Of a stretch of 64,000 nt of DNA, positions 29,223 through 38,293 are shown piece by piece; the stretch's first letter is position 1; the number at the start of each line of letters is the position of its first letter. A program made the translations under genes and the position numbers. The DNA is from Candidatus Freyarchaeum deiterrae (GTDB lineage Archaea > Asgardarchaeota > Jordiarchaeia > Jordiarchaeales > Jordiarchaeaceae): assembly GCA_037305845.1 (NCBI GenBank), contig CP147778.1, positions 1,728,001 to 1,792,000 on the forward strand, read 5' to 3'. The notes below the pieces were generated by a model, which worked only from the letters and a program-made list of their open reading frames with translations, was not told the origin of the DNA and ran no database searches.

Positions 29223-30233
29223 TTAATACGAGGTTATTTTTTGCTGAGTATTATTGGAGGGCTCGGGTTTCGCTTCTATTCCCAACCTTGCCTTAATTTC
29301 TTCTGCCAGCCGCGGTGCACTACCCGGACGAGCATTATCCGTTATAACCAATTTCGGCTTACACTTTTTCACATATTCAATTAACTGATTAAAATCCGAG
29401 TGCCCACTAAATGAAACAACATATTCCTTTGGTCCTGTTTTTTTACATGGTATTTTAAATTGCCAGCCTGTTAAATGTATATAGGTAGAATTTTCAAATA
29501 CTCTTGGTCTAACTGAGGGGTGATAAAAACCGATGTATTGTTGAGATTTCAGGATTTTTCTTCCCATTTCACTTTGTGAGGAGTAAAACTCACCCAGAGG
29601 AATGTTATATTTCTCGTAAATTTTTGAAACCGAATAGACTTTGGGTGGATTAATGAAGGATGTTTCTATTTTCGCTTCGTGAAGTAAGCTCATTGCTTCT
29701 TGTAGCTTTCCATAGAACCCAAATATGATAACTGAGCTTTTATTTTCCAGCTCAGCCCGGACTAGACTAATTAGTTCGTCTTTAACCCGACTAAATGGCG
29801 GTCTAATACACGAGGGATGACCATAAGTAGCATCCAGAACTAGAATATCACACTCTGTTGCTTGTATTTTTTCATATATGAAATCGCTGCTATAAAAGTA
29901 CTTGTCTCCCTTTAGTGTTTCCACCAAAACTTGAGCTGCTCCAAGTATATGTTCAGATGGAAAGAGGGTTATAGTGTCCTCTTCGTAGCTAAAGGGTGTC
30001 TTATAGTTGGGTGTAATTATCTGAGGTGGATACAATCCTTTCATAACTTCCAGTAAATCCTTGGTTGCGGAGGTTACACAAATCAGATCGGAATCTCTTA
30101 TACTCTCTTCTATTCCCAAAAGGTGATCAGAATGAACATGTGTTATCACTCTTATTTTATGCCCCGGAAAATATCCATCGCAAGCAACTTTATCTAGGAA
30201 TATTGCCCCCGACTTTTTTATAGTTACGCTCAT
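29223..30233 (-). CDS. metallo-beta-lactamase/beta-CASP nuclease (SNM1-like)
   Basis: THVHSDH, HILGAAQ, LDATYG, SGHSD. Confidence 0.85.
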   Translation of the reverse strand: MSVTIKKSGAIFLDKVACDGYFPGHKIRVITHVHSDHLLGIEESIRDSDLICVTSATKDLLEVMKGLYPPQIITPNYKTPFSYEEDTITLFPSEHILGAAQVLVETLKGDKYFYSSDFIYEKIQATECDILVLDATYGHPSCIRPPFSRVKDELISLVRAELENKSSVIIFGFYGKLQEAMSLLHEAKIETSFINPPKVYSVSKIYEKYNIPLGEFYSSQSEMGRKILKSQQYIGFYHPSVRPRVFENSTYIHLTGWQFKIPCKKTGPKEYVVSFSGHSDFNQLIEYVKKCKPKLVITDNARPGSAPRLAEEIKARLGIEAKPEPSNNTQQKITSY

Positions 30234-30368
30234 AAAGCCAACCCCGGATTTAGGGCATAGTTTTAAATACAGATATTCGGTGGGAATTTAAAAACTTGTT
30301 ATGATTAATAAATTGTAGGATAGAAAGTTTATCCTAGGTCAAAGCTTGCTCTACTGATAATTATTCTT

Positions 30369-31088
30369 GTGAAAGAATCGGAATTAGTTTTGGTGTTTAA
30401 AATGTCAAATAAGTTATTCAATGAGGCTATTTCTAGGGGGGATTTTATCGAGGCGTACAGGATAGCAAAGTTTGTTTTACGAGATGAAAGGCGAGCTTGG
30501 GATCTTTATACTAGCGCTTTGGATTCTATTGGAAGTTTAATATACACCGCAGTGGACTTGAAGAGAAGCGGTAATTATGAGGAAGCTGTCAGACTTTTTT
30601 TGCGTTGCGCTGAATTTTTCGAAGGAGAAAAGGATTATGGCCGGGCTAGCGGATTTTTCTTAGAAGTTGGAGACTGCTTCTCAGAAACAAATAATCCGAA
30701 GAAGGCGAGGGATAGTTTTATGCGGGGGTATGAGCTCGCCGTCCTAGACTGGAGAATTTTTGACCCTACCAAAAAAATAGCATCTCTTAGCGTGTTGCTT
30801 TCCCTACTAGTTACATTGTTAAATGGAGAATTAAATGAGGCAAAGAACATCTTTAAAATAGTTAGATCCTCCCTAGAGGAGAGAGAACGTCGGAAGTTGC
30901 GTAGACAGGACTACTATAAAATAGCTAAATATGTTTATAATTCTCTTCTTAAAGAGAATACTCTAAACCTTAAGGATCTCGAAAACATGCTAGCAAAGCA
31001 GGAAAAAACAGATTTTCTAACTTTTCTGAAAGATTTATCTAAAGCATATTTTACTGTTAAGAGATTTTTGGAAAAGTTTCTAAATTGA
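30369..31088 (+). CDS. TPR/SNAP-like alpha-helical repeat protein
   Basis: GNYEEAVRLFLRCAEFF..EKDYGRASGFFLEVGDCF...NPKKARDSF helical-repeat pattern. Confidence 0.5.
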   Translation: MKESELVLVFKMSNKLFNEAISRGDFIEAYRIAKFVLRDERRAWDLYTSALDSIGSLIYTAVDLKRSGNYEEAVRLFLRCAEFFEGEKDYGRASGFFLEVGDCFSETNNPKKARDSFMRGYELAVLDWRIFDPTKKIASLSVLLSLLVTLLNGELNEAKNIFKIVRSSLEERERRKLRRQDYYKIAKYVYNSLLKENTLNLKDLENMLAKQEKTDFLTFLKDLSKAYFTVKRFLEKFLN

Positions 31089-31132
31089 CATAATAATATT
31101 CATGTGTAGGAAAATTATGCAAAATATAATTT

Positions 31133-33178
31133 GTGAATAACCCGGAATTTACGAACATTTTTTGTTTTATAGAGCTTGTTATTAGGTGGAAATTTTTGGA
31201 AACTGGTAAAAAAAGAATATTTGAAGTTGTAAAGCATGACGGACCTGGAAGAATAGGTAAAATCGATTTAATAAATAAAAAAATTGCAACCCCTTTACTT
31301 ATTCACGCTCATTTTCATCACATAAATTACAATTTCGAAAAAATTGAGATTTTGAATGTTATGCCTGATTCTTTAGAAGAACAATTTCATGATAATGTTT
31401 TTTTAACAAACTCTGCTAATCCTTTAATCTACCCTAATTTAGATCAAAATTTAGAAGATCAATTGAGGTTACACCCAAACGTTTTAACTGTTCCATGTGG
31501 CTCTTTTATAGAACTGGAAAAGAAAACTACTCAGAGTTTTTTTGACAATTTAATAAAAAATGCTATTTACTTTAGAGAAAAGGTTGGAAAAAGCCATCTC
31601 GCTGTTCCGGTTTTCTATTCAAAGTATTCTGACTTGTGCGATAATCAGATCAATAATCTTTCTCAAATCGGTTTTGACGTATATGCTCTGAAGAATCTAG
31701 GTGAGATTATAGGAAATCCTCGTCAACTAGTAGAATTTATTGTAAAGGTAAGGGAAAGAATTCAACCCGATTCCTTACTATATGTTCCAGGTTTAATTCA
31801 TCCTGCTTATTACCCTCATTTGATTTATTCTGGTGTGGATATTTTCGATACAACCCTCATGATACTGGAAGCAAGGAGGGGTAGCTTATTACTGGAAGAT
31901 AGATCAAAAAAAATCGGGGAATTAGTTGAGCTTCCTTGCAACTGTCAGGTTTGTGAATCTTACAGCGTATCTGAATTGATGGAAATGCCCCCCAGTGAAC
32001 GTTTTAATAAACTTCTGCAGCATAACATTCTCTTCGCGGCTTCCGTTTTAAAAAGAGTAAGATTAGACATAAGAGAAGGTTTTTTGCGAGAGAGAGTAGA
32101 GCTATCATCACATTACTCGCCTACACTAGCGGCGTATCTTCGAATTTTGGATAAGAATAATTTTGATTATCTTGAGGAGTACACTCCAATTGCCAAAAAA
32201 GGAGTTGCATACTGTATAGGACCAGAATCCTATCATCGACCAGAGATCGAGAGATTTAGAAAAAGAATTTCAGAACGCTATACTCCTATAAGCGGCATTC
32301 GAACTGTGATTATTTTACCCTGTTCCGCGAAAAAGCCTTACTCCCTCTCGCAATCTCATAGACGGTTTAGAGAAGTTATAAGGCGTGTTGGTAAAGGATT
32401 AATCCAAGAAGTTATACTCTCATCTCCACTGGGATTAGTTCCAAGGGAACTTGAACAAGTGTATCCTGCGGCTCATTATGATGTTCCTGTAACTGGTGAT
32501 TGGGACCAAGAAGAAATAGAAATAGCTTCAGTCTCTCTTTCTAAATATTTTGAAAAATTAGATAAAGAAACCGTATTAATAGCACATCTAGATGGTGGAT
32601 ACAAGCAAGCTTGTTTAAAGGCTTCTAATATATCAGGAAAAAAGGTAATATTCACCGACATAAATGGCAACGCAGCAGGAGAAAGTAGCTTATCCAGCTT
32701 GAAAAAAACCTTAGAAGAGTATGCTGACCTGTCGGGAACTAAAGAGACATCGAAAATAGACTCGTTAAGAAAAATTGTTGATTACCAATTCGGAATAGGC
32801 GCTGGAGTAAAATTGATCCCTAGCTATGCAGATGTGAAAAGAGACCGAGTGGGAAATGTAAAAATTCTGCTAGACAAACAATTAGTCGCCTCATTTAACC
32901 AAGCGTATGGTTTATTCAAATTAACTCTCAAAGGTGCTGAGAGCTTGTCCAATTTCGGATATTGGATAGAATTTGATGGGGACATAGTAAGTGGTACAAA
33001 TCTTTTCGCTCCTGGTGTTAAAGATGCAGATCCAAAGATTCGACCCGAAGACTTTGTACTTATTTATAATCGTTCAAAAGAACTAATTGCAGTGGGAACA
33101 TCCAACATGAGTGGTTTAGAGATGAGACACTCGAAAAAAGGCATCGCGGTTAAATTTACTGAGAAAAAGATGGAATAA
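31133..33178 (+). CDS. arcS: archaeosine synthase subunit ArcS (TGT-like fold plus PUA domain); start may be ~31196
   Basis: FEVVKHDGPGRIG, CNCQVC, LPCSAKKPYS.SQSH, YPAAHYDVPVTG.W, C-terminal PUA. Confidence 0.92.
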   Translation: MNNPEFTNIFCFIELVIRWKFLETGKKRIFEVVKHDGPGRIGKIDLINKKIATPLLIHAHFHHINYNFEKIEILNVMPDSLEEQFHDNVFLTNSANPLIYPNLDQNLEDQLRLHPNVLTVPCGSFIELEKKTTQSFFDNLIKNAIYFREKVGKSHLAVPVFYSKYSDLCDNQINNLSQIGFDVYALKNLGEIIGNPRQLVEFIVKVRERIQPDSLLYVPGLIHPAYYPHLIYSGVDIFDTTLMILEARRGSLLLEDRSKKIGELVELPCNCQVCESYSVSELMEMPPSERFNKLLQHNILFAASVLKRVRLDIREGFLRERVELSSHYSPTLAAYLRILDKNNFDYLEEYTPIAKKGVAYCIGPESYHRPEIERFRKRISERYTPISGIRTVIILPCSAKKPYSLSQSHRRFREVIRRVGKGLIQEVILSSPLGLVPRELEQVYPAAHYDVPVTGDWDQEEIEIASVSLSKYFEKLDKETVLIAHLDGGYKQACLKASNISGKKVIFTDINGNAAGESSLSSLKKTLEEYADLSGTKETSKIDSLRKIVDYQFGIGAGVKLIPSYADVKRDRVGNVKILLDKQLVASFNQAYGLFKLTLKGAESLSNFGYWIEFDGDIVSGTNLFAPGVKDADPKIRPEDFVLIYNRSKELIAVGTSNMSGLEMRHSKKGIAVKFTEKKME

Positions 33179-33180
33179 AA

Positions 33181-34248
33181 ATGTTTGAAGCCAATGATTC
33201 TGAATTAGTTAATAAGATAATTGAAATTCGTCGAAAAAATTTGAACAGATTTAGAAAGGATTTCAAAGAGAAACCTGTAAAATACTGGTTGGAAAAGGAC
33301 AGATTTTTGAACAAGATTGGGACTTCTTTAGTCGTTATTCTTGCCACGAGAGGTTGTAATTGGGCATTATCCAGCGGAGGGGGCTGCTCGATGTGCGGTT
33401 ACATTTATGATTCTCCCTTAACTATTCCAGATTCTGATTCTTTAATCAAACAATTTGATTTAGCGTGTAAAGCTAGCATACCGGTTAAAGACTCCTTGGC
33501 AATTAAGATTTTTACTTCGGGAAGTTTTTTTGATGAGAGGGAAGTCCCGAAATCCGCACAAGAAGCAATTCTAAAAAGAATAGTTATGGATAAACGGGTT
33601 GAAGAAGTAATTGTTGAAACAAGGCCAGAATATGTTAATAAGGAAATTTTAAAGGAATGCTGTGAGATTCTGGGAAAAATCCATTTTGAGATAGCAATTG
33701 GTCTGGAAACAAGCAATGATAATATTAGAAATAATTATATAAACAAAGGTTTTAAACTCAAAGACTTTGAGAGAGCTGTTTCCATAGCTAAGCACTCCGG
33801 AGTAGGCGTCAAATCCTACCTCCTCATAAAACCTCCATTTCTAAGGGAGAGAGAAGCCATAATAGATTCTACAAACTCTGCTATAGATTCTTTTAAAATG
33901 GGAGTTGATTCGGTGTCCTTTAACCCCTGTACAGTACACAAAGGTACTCTGGTGGAACATCTTTGGGAAATAGGCAGATACAGGCCTCCGTGGCTTTGGA
34001 GCATAATTGAAATCCTGAAAAATACCTCCGAAAAGTTAAATGACAAAATAAGAATAATCTGCAGTTTAGCTGGAATAGGAAGCGAAAAAGGCCCCCATAA
34101 CTGTGGAAAATGCGACGCGAGAATCCGTGAACTACTGAATGAATTTACATTAACTCAAAACCCCGAAGTACTATCCAATATTGAATGCGACTGTAAACAA
34201 GAATGGCTTGATTATTGCGAATCAGAGTTTATCTGGAACTATTTCTGA
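33181..34248 (+). CDS. archaeosine biosynthesis radical SAM protein RaSEA
   Basis: TRGCNW....GCSMCGY, KIFTSGSF, ETRPEY, GPHNCGKC; directly after arcS. Confidence 0.9.
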   Translation: MFEANDSELVNKIIEIRRKNLNRFRKDFKEKPVKYWLEKDRFLNKIGTSLVVILATRGCNWALSSGGGCSMCGYIYDSPLTIPDSDSLIKQFDLACKASIPVKDSLAIKIFTSGSFFDEREVPKSAQEAILKRIVMDKRVEEVIVETRPEYVNKEILKECCEILGKIHFEIAIGLETSNDNIRNNYINKGFKLKDFERAVSIAKHSGVGVKSYLLIKPPFLREREAIIDSTNSAIDSFKMGVDSVSFNPCTVHKGTLVEHLWEIGRYRPPWLWSIIEILKNTSEKLNDKIRIICSLAGIGSEKGPHNCGKCDARIRELLNEFTLTQNPEVLSNIECDCKQEWLDYCESEFIWNYF

Positions 34249-34368
34249 TAAATAAAAATAATAGTAAGTAATCTTTTAATTTTAAAAAGCATAGTACATA
34301 AGTAGATTTAACTTTTTTAAAACATAGTACTAATACAATAAATATCAACAAAGTGGAGGATTAAGAAG

Positions 34369-34905
34369 ATGAGTCCGGTAATTATGTTTCAAGATAAAAA
34401 GCCAAAAATTCATAAAGACGCGTATGTTAGCCCACAAGCAACTCTAGTAGGAGATGTCGAGGTCGGAGAATTCACAAATATCTGGCCAGGAAGCGTAATT
34501 AGGGGCGACTTTGCAAAAGTACAAATCGGCGCTTACACAAATATACAAGATGGATGCGTAGTTCACGCTCATACAGCGGATACTCCAGTTATTGTTGGAA
34601 ACTTTGTCACTGTTGGAAGCAATGTGGTGATGCATGGCTGTTACTGTGGAGACGCAGTTGTGATAGGAGACGGCGTAATAATATATGAAGGCGTGACCAT
34701 CGGAGAAGGAGCTTTTGTTTCTCCAGGATCGATTTTGGTACAAAACATGGTTATTCCACCCCGATTAACTGTCTCAGGCGCGCCAGCGAAGCAAATCAGG
34801 GAACTATCAAGGGAAGACATTACAAAACAAAGGGAAAGGGCTGAAATCATCGCAAGGGTATTCTCAAAACTCCGAAGATGGATACCTTCTGAGACGGCCC
34901 TCTAG
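34369..34905 (+). CDS. gamma carbonic anhydrase-like hexapeptide repeat protein
   Basis: IRGD, TNIQDGCVVH, MHGC; left-handed beta-helix repeats. Confidence 0.85.
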   Translation: MSPVIMFQDKKPKIHKDAYVSPQATLVGDVEVGEFTNIWPGSVIRGDFAKVQIGAYTNIQDGCVVHAHTADTPVIVGNFVTVGSNVVMHGCYCGDAVVIGDGVIIYEGVTIGEGAFVSPGSILVQNMVIPPRLTVSGAPAKQIRELSREDITKQRERAEIIARVFSKLRRWIPSETAL

Positions 34906-35011
34906 GAAGCCCCTTTGGCACAAAACAAGTCTTTGTTTAGATACTCATCGTGTCTCCTGTGAAAACAATATCCAGACAGAGTGGAAATAGAATGCCATTT
35001 AAAAATTGATA

Positions 35012-35036
35012 TTTGAATTCTTTAAAAGAATTCAAA
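35012..35036. repeat. perfect 12-bp inverted repeat with 1-nt spacer
   Basis: TTTGAATTCTTT-A-AAAGAATTCAAA in the spacer upstream of the MtrA-MtrH gene. Confidence 0.7.
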
Positions 35037-35233
35037 AATTCTATTACTCCTTTTTTTAGTTAATAACTGAATTTATTTAACTTTATGATTTCACCATTAA
35101 GTAGCCTTTTAAAAATATTAAATTTCATATTTGTTAGTATATAATAAGACCTTAGTTTTGCACCCATTAGGTTAAAGATTTATTTTACATTACATAATAG
35201 TTGACAGTTGACTTACTTCAATGGAGGTTGTTC

Positions 35234-36727
35234 ATGTCTAAATGGCCTTTTATTGCGGGCGACTACTTTGTTGGAAACGAAAAATCTGCTATTGCCGTAG
35301 TTACTTGCGGATCTTACGAGTTACCAAAAGAGTTAGCTAAGCTGAGTAATAAAATAGCAATTGTTGGTTTCTGTGAAACTGAAAATGATGGAATAGCAAA
35401 GATTCTACAAAACCTAGCTTCTAACCCCTATGTTAGAATACTTATTATCTGCGGTGAAAGAGTGGTTGGTCATGAACCCGGACAAACACTCATATCGCTC
35501 TACAATAATGGGATTGATAAAAACTACAAAATCAAAGGGAGTGAGGGAACTATCCCCATTCTTCACCCAAACTATTTTCACGGAGATGATCCGAATAAAT
35601 TTGTTGAAAGATTTCAAAGACAAATCATCAATGTCTTAGACGCCAGGGGAGAAACTGACATTGAAAAAATAATCTCTTTCATCAATGAGTTTGATGAACA
35701 AAATCTCTCTCCCTTTCCTGAGGATCCTATCCTTCCTTTAAGACCCAAAGTCGAATACGATTGGGATACAGGGGTAAAGCGATTTCTAGACGAAAACAGA
35801 TTCTATTTTAATAAGGGCATACCTCTGTTAAATCCTTTAATATTTACTGGACAATTGAAAGTTTATGATATCGCAGGAATTAAGATAGGCGGGCAGAGAG
35901 GCGAGTATCCTATAATTTTGGCTGGTACCATGTTTTACAGGGGAGATAAATTAGTAAGTAATCACGATGAAGGCCTTTTTGATAAAACTAAGGCCGAGGA
36001 GCAAATTAGAAAGCAAGACGAAAACTCATTAAAGTACGAACTTCCTGCAATTGTACACATCGTAGGAGAGACTACTAAAGCTTTAACAAATTATCTTCTA
36101 TTTGTCGCGGATTCTACAGATTCACCAATAATTATCGATTCACCCATTTTAGAATCAAGAATAGAAGCGATGAGCGTAGCCAAAGATACGGGGCTAGATA
36201 GTAGAGTAATATACAACTCAGTGATTAGCGCGGATAAAAAAGAAAAAAACCTAATAAACGAAATTGGAACAATAGAATATTCCATAGTTTTACCCTTTGA
36301 TGTAAAACTAACCTCAAGGATTAGCAGACTTGAGGAAATACTGAAATTTGTCGGAGACGCAATCAAAAATCCGATCATCGATCCTGGTGTCTCTATTCTA
36401 GGAGAAGGTTCGCTAAGCGCTTTGCATGCGGCTTGGTTGCTCAAAAATTATTATGGTTACCCCGTGTGTATTGGAGTGCATAACTTACAGTCTAGAATCA
36501 CTGAAAGTAAGAAGGAATTAAAAGAACTCGATTTCTCATTTGATTATGCTCTACCTTCCTTTTATGGAATTGATATAAATCTTTACGGTCCAATAAAAAA
36601 CGCAGATAGTATATTCAGAGAGGTAGCAGCTGTTGAAGCTGCAATTGCGGATGAGAATGTAAATACCATTGGAGTTTCTCCTAAACCTCCTCATCCCTAC
36701 TATGCTGTGAACCTTGGTCGTGAATAA
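35234..36727 (+). CDS. soluble MtrA (corrinoid-binding)-MtrH (methyl-pterin methyltransferase) fusion
   Basis: N-terminal WP...GDY.VG, CETENDGI.K...N..SNP.VR, GHEPGQ (MtrA Co-ligand His). C-terminal YDIAGIKIGGQRGEYP..LAGTMFY, IYNS, LYGPI (MtrH). No TM anchor. GGAGG before ATG 35234. Confidence 0.88.
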   Translation: MSKWPFIAGDYFVGNEKSAIAVVTCGSYELPKELAKLSNKIAIVGFCETENDGIAKILQNLASNPYVRILIICGERVVGHEPGQTLISLYNNGIDKNYKIKGSEGTIPILHPNYFHGDDPNKFVERFQRQIINVLDARGETDIEKIISFINEFDEQNLSPFPEDPILPLRPKVEYDWDTGVKRFLDENRFYFNKGIPLLNPLIFTGQLKVYDIAGIKIGGQRGEYPIILAGTMFYRGDKLVSNHDEGLFDKTKAEEQIRKQDENSLKYELPAIVHIVGETTKALTNYLLFVADSTDSPIIIDSPILESRIEAMSVAKDTGLDSRVIYNSVISADKKEKNLINEIGTIEYSIVLPFDVKLTSRISRLEEILKFVGDAIKNPIIDPGVSILGEGSLSALHAAWLLKNYYGYPVCIGVHNLQSRITESKKELKELDFSFDYALPSFYGIDINLYGPIKNADSIFREVAAVEAAIADENVNTIGVSPKPPHPYYAVNLGRE

Positions 36728-36729
36728 AA

Positions 36730-38004
36730 ATGAGTTTTTACGGTCCATATTTGATTCGAACTAGAAGCATAGATGTTGCATGGAGAAGCTGTATCAACAC
36801 AATTATTGAGAAGGGAATAAAACAAACAACTGAAGATAAAAGGCAAGAGACCAAAGAAACATTTTGTGCAACAATCCACATAAGTGATTGGCAAAGCGGG
36901 AAACTTGTTCCAACAAATTATATTGGACTAAGTGAGGATCTAATTCTCGAAAATTATATTCCACAGTACCTTAGTTCCGAAAGAGGAGAACACATATACA
37001 GCTATGGATGGGCAATGCGTAAAAGGTTCATGTTTAATCAATTAGACTACATCAAAGATCAGTTAAGCAGTGGAAAGAGTGTGGCATTCGCCCAATTCTG
37101 GAACCCCGCAACAGACATCACAAGCACAAATCCACCCTGTATAAATATAGTTCTTTTTCATAAGATAAATTCTAAAATTCACTCAACCATATACCTTAGA
37201 AGCAATGATATGGCAAGAGCCTACCCAGACGATGTTGCAGGTGTTTACACTGTATTTTTAACTGAGGTTTCGAGCAGATTTGGTGGAAAAAAGGCTATGG
37301 GCACCATAACTACAATCTCTGGATCTGCACACGTATATGAAACTTCTATCAACGAAATTAAACAAAGCTCTTTCGGCTCAATATCCGCTTCCAACTCTAA
37401 TCCAAAAATTAATGAAGAAAATTTGGCTGGACCGGTACTCTTCCGGTCGCACAATTTAAAAGGCCTTTTACACGAATTAGAGGTCAAGTTTCCTAAATAC
37501 TCCAAGCCTCAGGGAAAACAAAATTACTATCTATATTTCGGTTTCAAATTGGAAGAAATAAATCTAGAGTTAAAAGAATTTGAGAATCAAGCGGAAAAAA
37601 TTGTACATGGCGCAGAAAATCTCGGAAAAGCTCTAAGGTTCTATAAAGCTAAAACGGACGATGGAGAACCAGTAACAATTGATCAAATAGAATTGGCTAA
37701 AAGAAAATTAGAGGAATCAAATCAAAGCAGGAGAATAATTATTACGCCTAATAATCCTTGGATAAAAGGGTACGACCTAAATCCTTTAATTATACAATTT
37801 TTGTTAAGGCAAGGTCGCCTATTTACTTCCGTGCTTTTCGCAGATTACTCGATAAAACATATCCTGTCGGGAATTTACTTAATTAAGGCAATTCAAAATG
37901 AAATGCTGAATGGAAATAAATACAGTTTGGGGCCTATGGCGTTTTTCTTCATGCCCGCGAATAATGGCTCTGAAACTGTAGACTTCTCAGACATACTTAG
38001 TTAA
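36730..38004 (+). CDS. two-domain thymidylate-synthase-fold protein (catalytic N-domain plus degenerate C-domain)
   Basis: YSYG, FNQLDYI, WNP..D...PPC(137), LRSND(157-160), SAHVY. The second domain has DQIE...L.....SRRIII..NP and IQFLLR but no Cys or RSxD. Confidence 0.85.
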   Translation: MSFYGPYLIRTRSIDVAWRSCINTIIEKGIKQTTEDKRQETKETFCATIHISDWQSGKLVPTNYIGLSEDLILENYIPQYLSSERGEHIYSYGWAMRKRFMFNQLDYIKDQLSSGKSVAFAQFWNPATDITSTNPPCINIVLFHKINSKIHSTIYLRSNDMARAYPDDVAGVYTVFLTEVSSRFGGKKAMGTITTISGSAHVYETSINEIKQSSFGSISASNSNPKINEENLAGPVLFRSHNLKGLLHELEVKFPKYSKPQGKQNYYLYFGFKLEEINLELKEFENQAEKIVHGAENLGKALRFYKAKTDDGEPVTIDQIELAKRKLEESNQSRRIIITPNNPWIKGYDLNPLIIQFLLRQGRLFTSVLFADYSIKHILSGIYLIKAIQNEMLNGNKYSLGPMAFFFMPANNGSETVDFSDILS

Positions 38005-38293
38005 CATGAGAAATGTTCAAAACTCAATTAGTAAAGCATCGGTCCGCATAAGCGTAAAAAATTTACCTACTAAAAACTATATTTTTGGATACTGCCTAAT
38101 AGCGTCCAACTATGGAAAGTGTTGTTGCTTAAGATATATTTAAAAAATGTTAATGTGTGGTGGATACACATATAAGACATCTTTAATAAAAGATATAAAT
38201 TGTGTAATAGATACATTATTATCATAGTGTGTGAAATTGGTTTAAGCGTTAAAGAAACTTGTTGATGTATTAAGAAATAGGAGGTAGAAGTAC

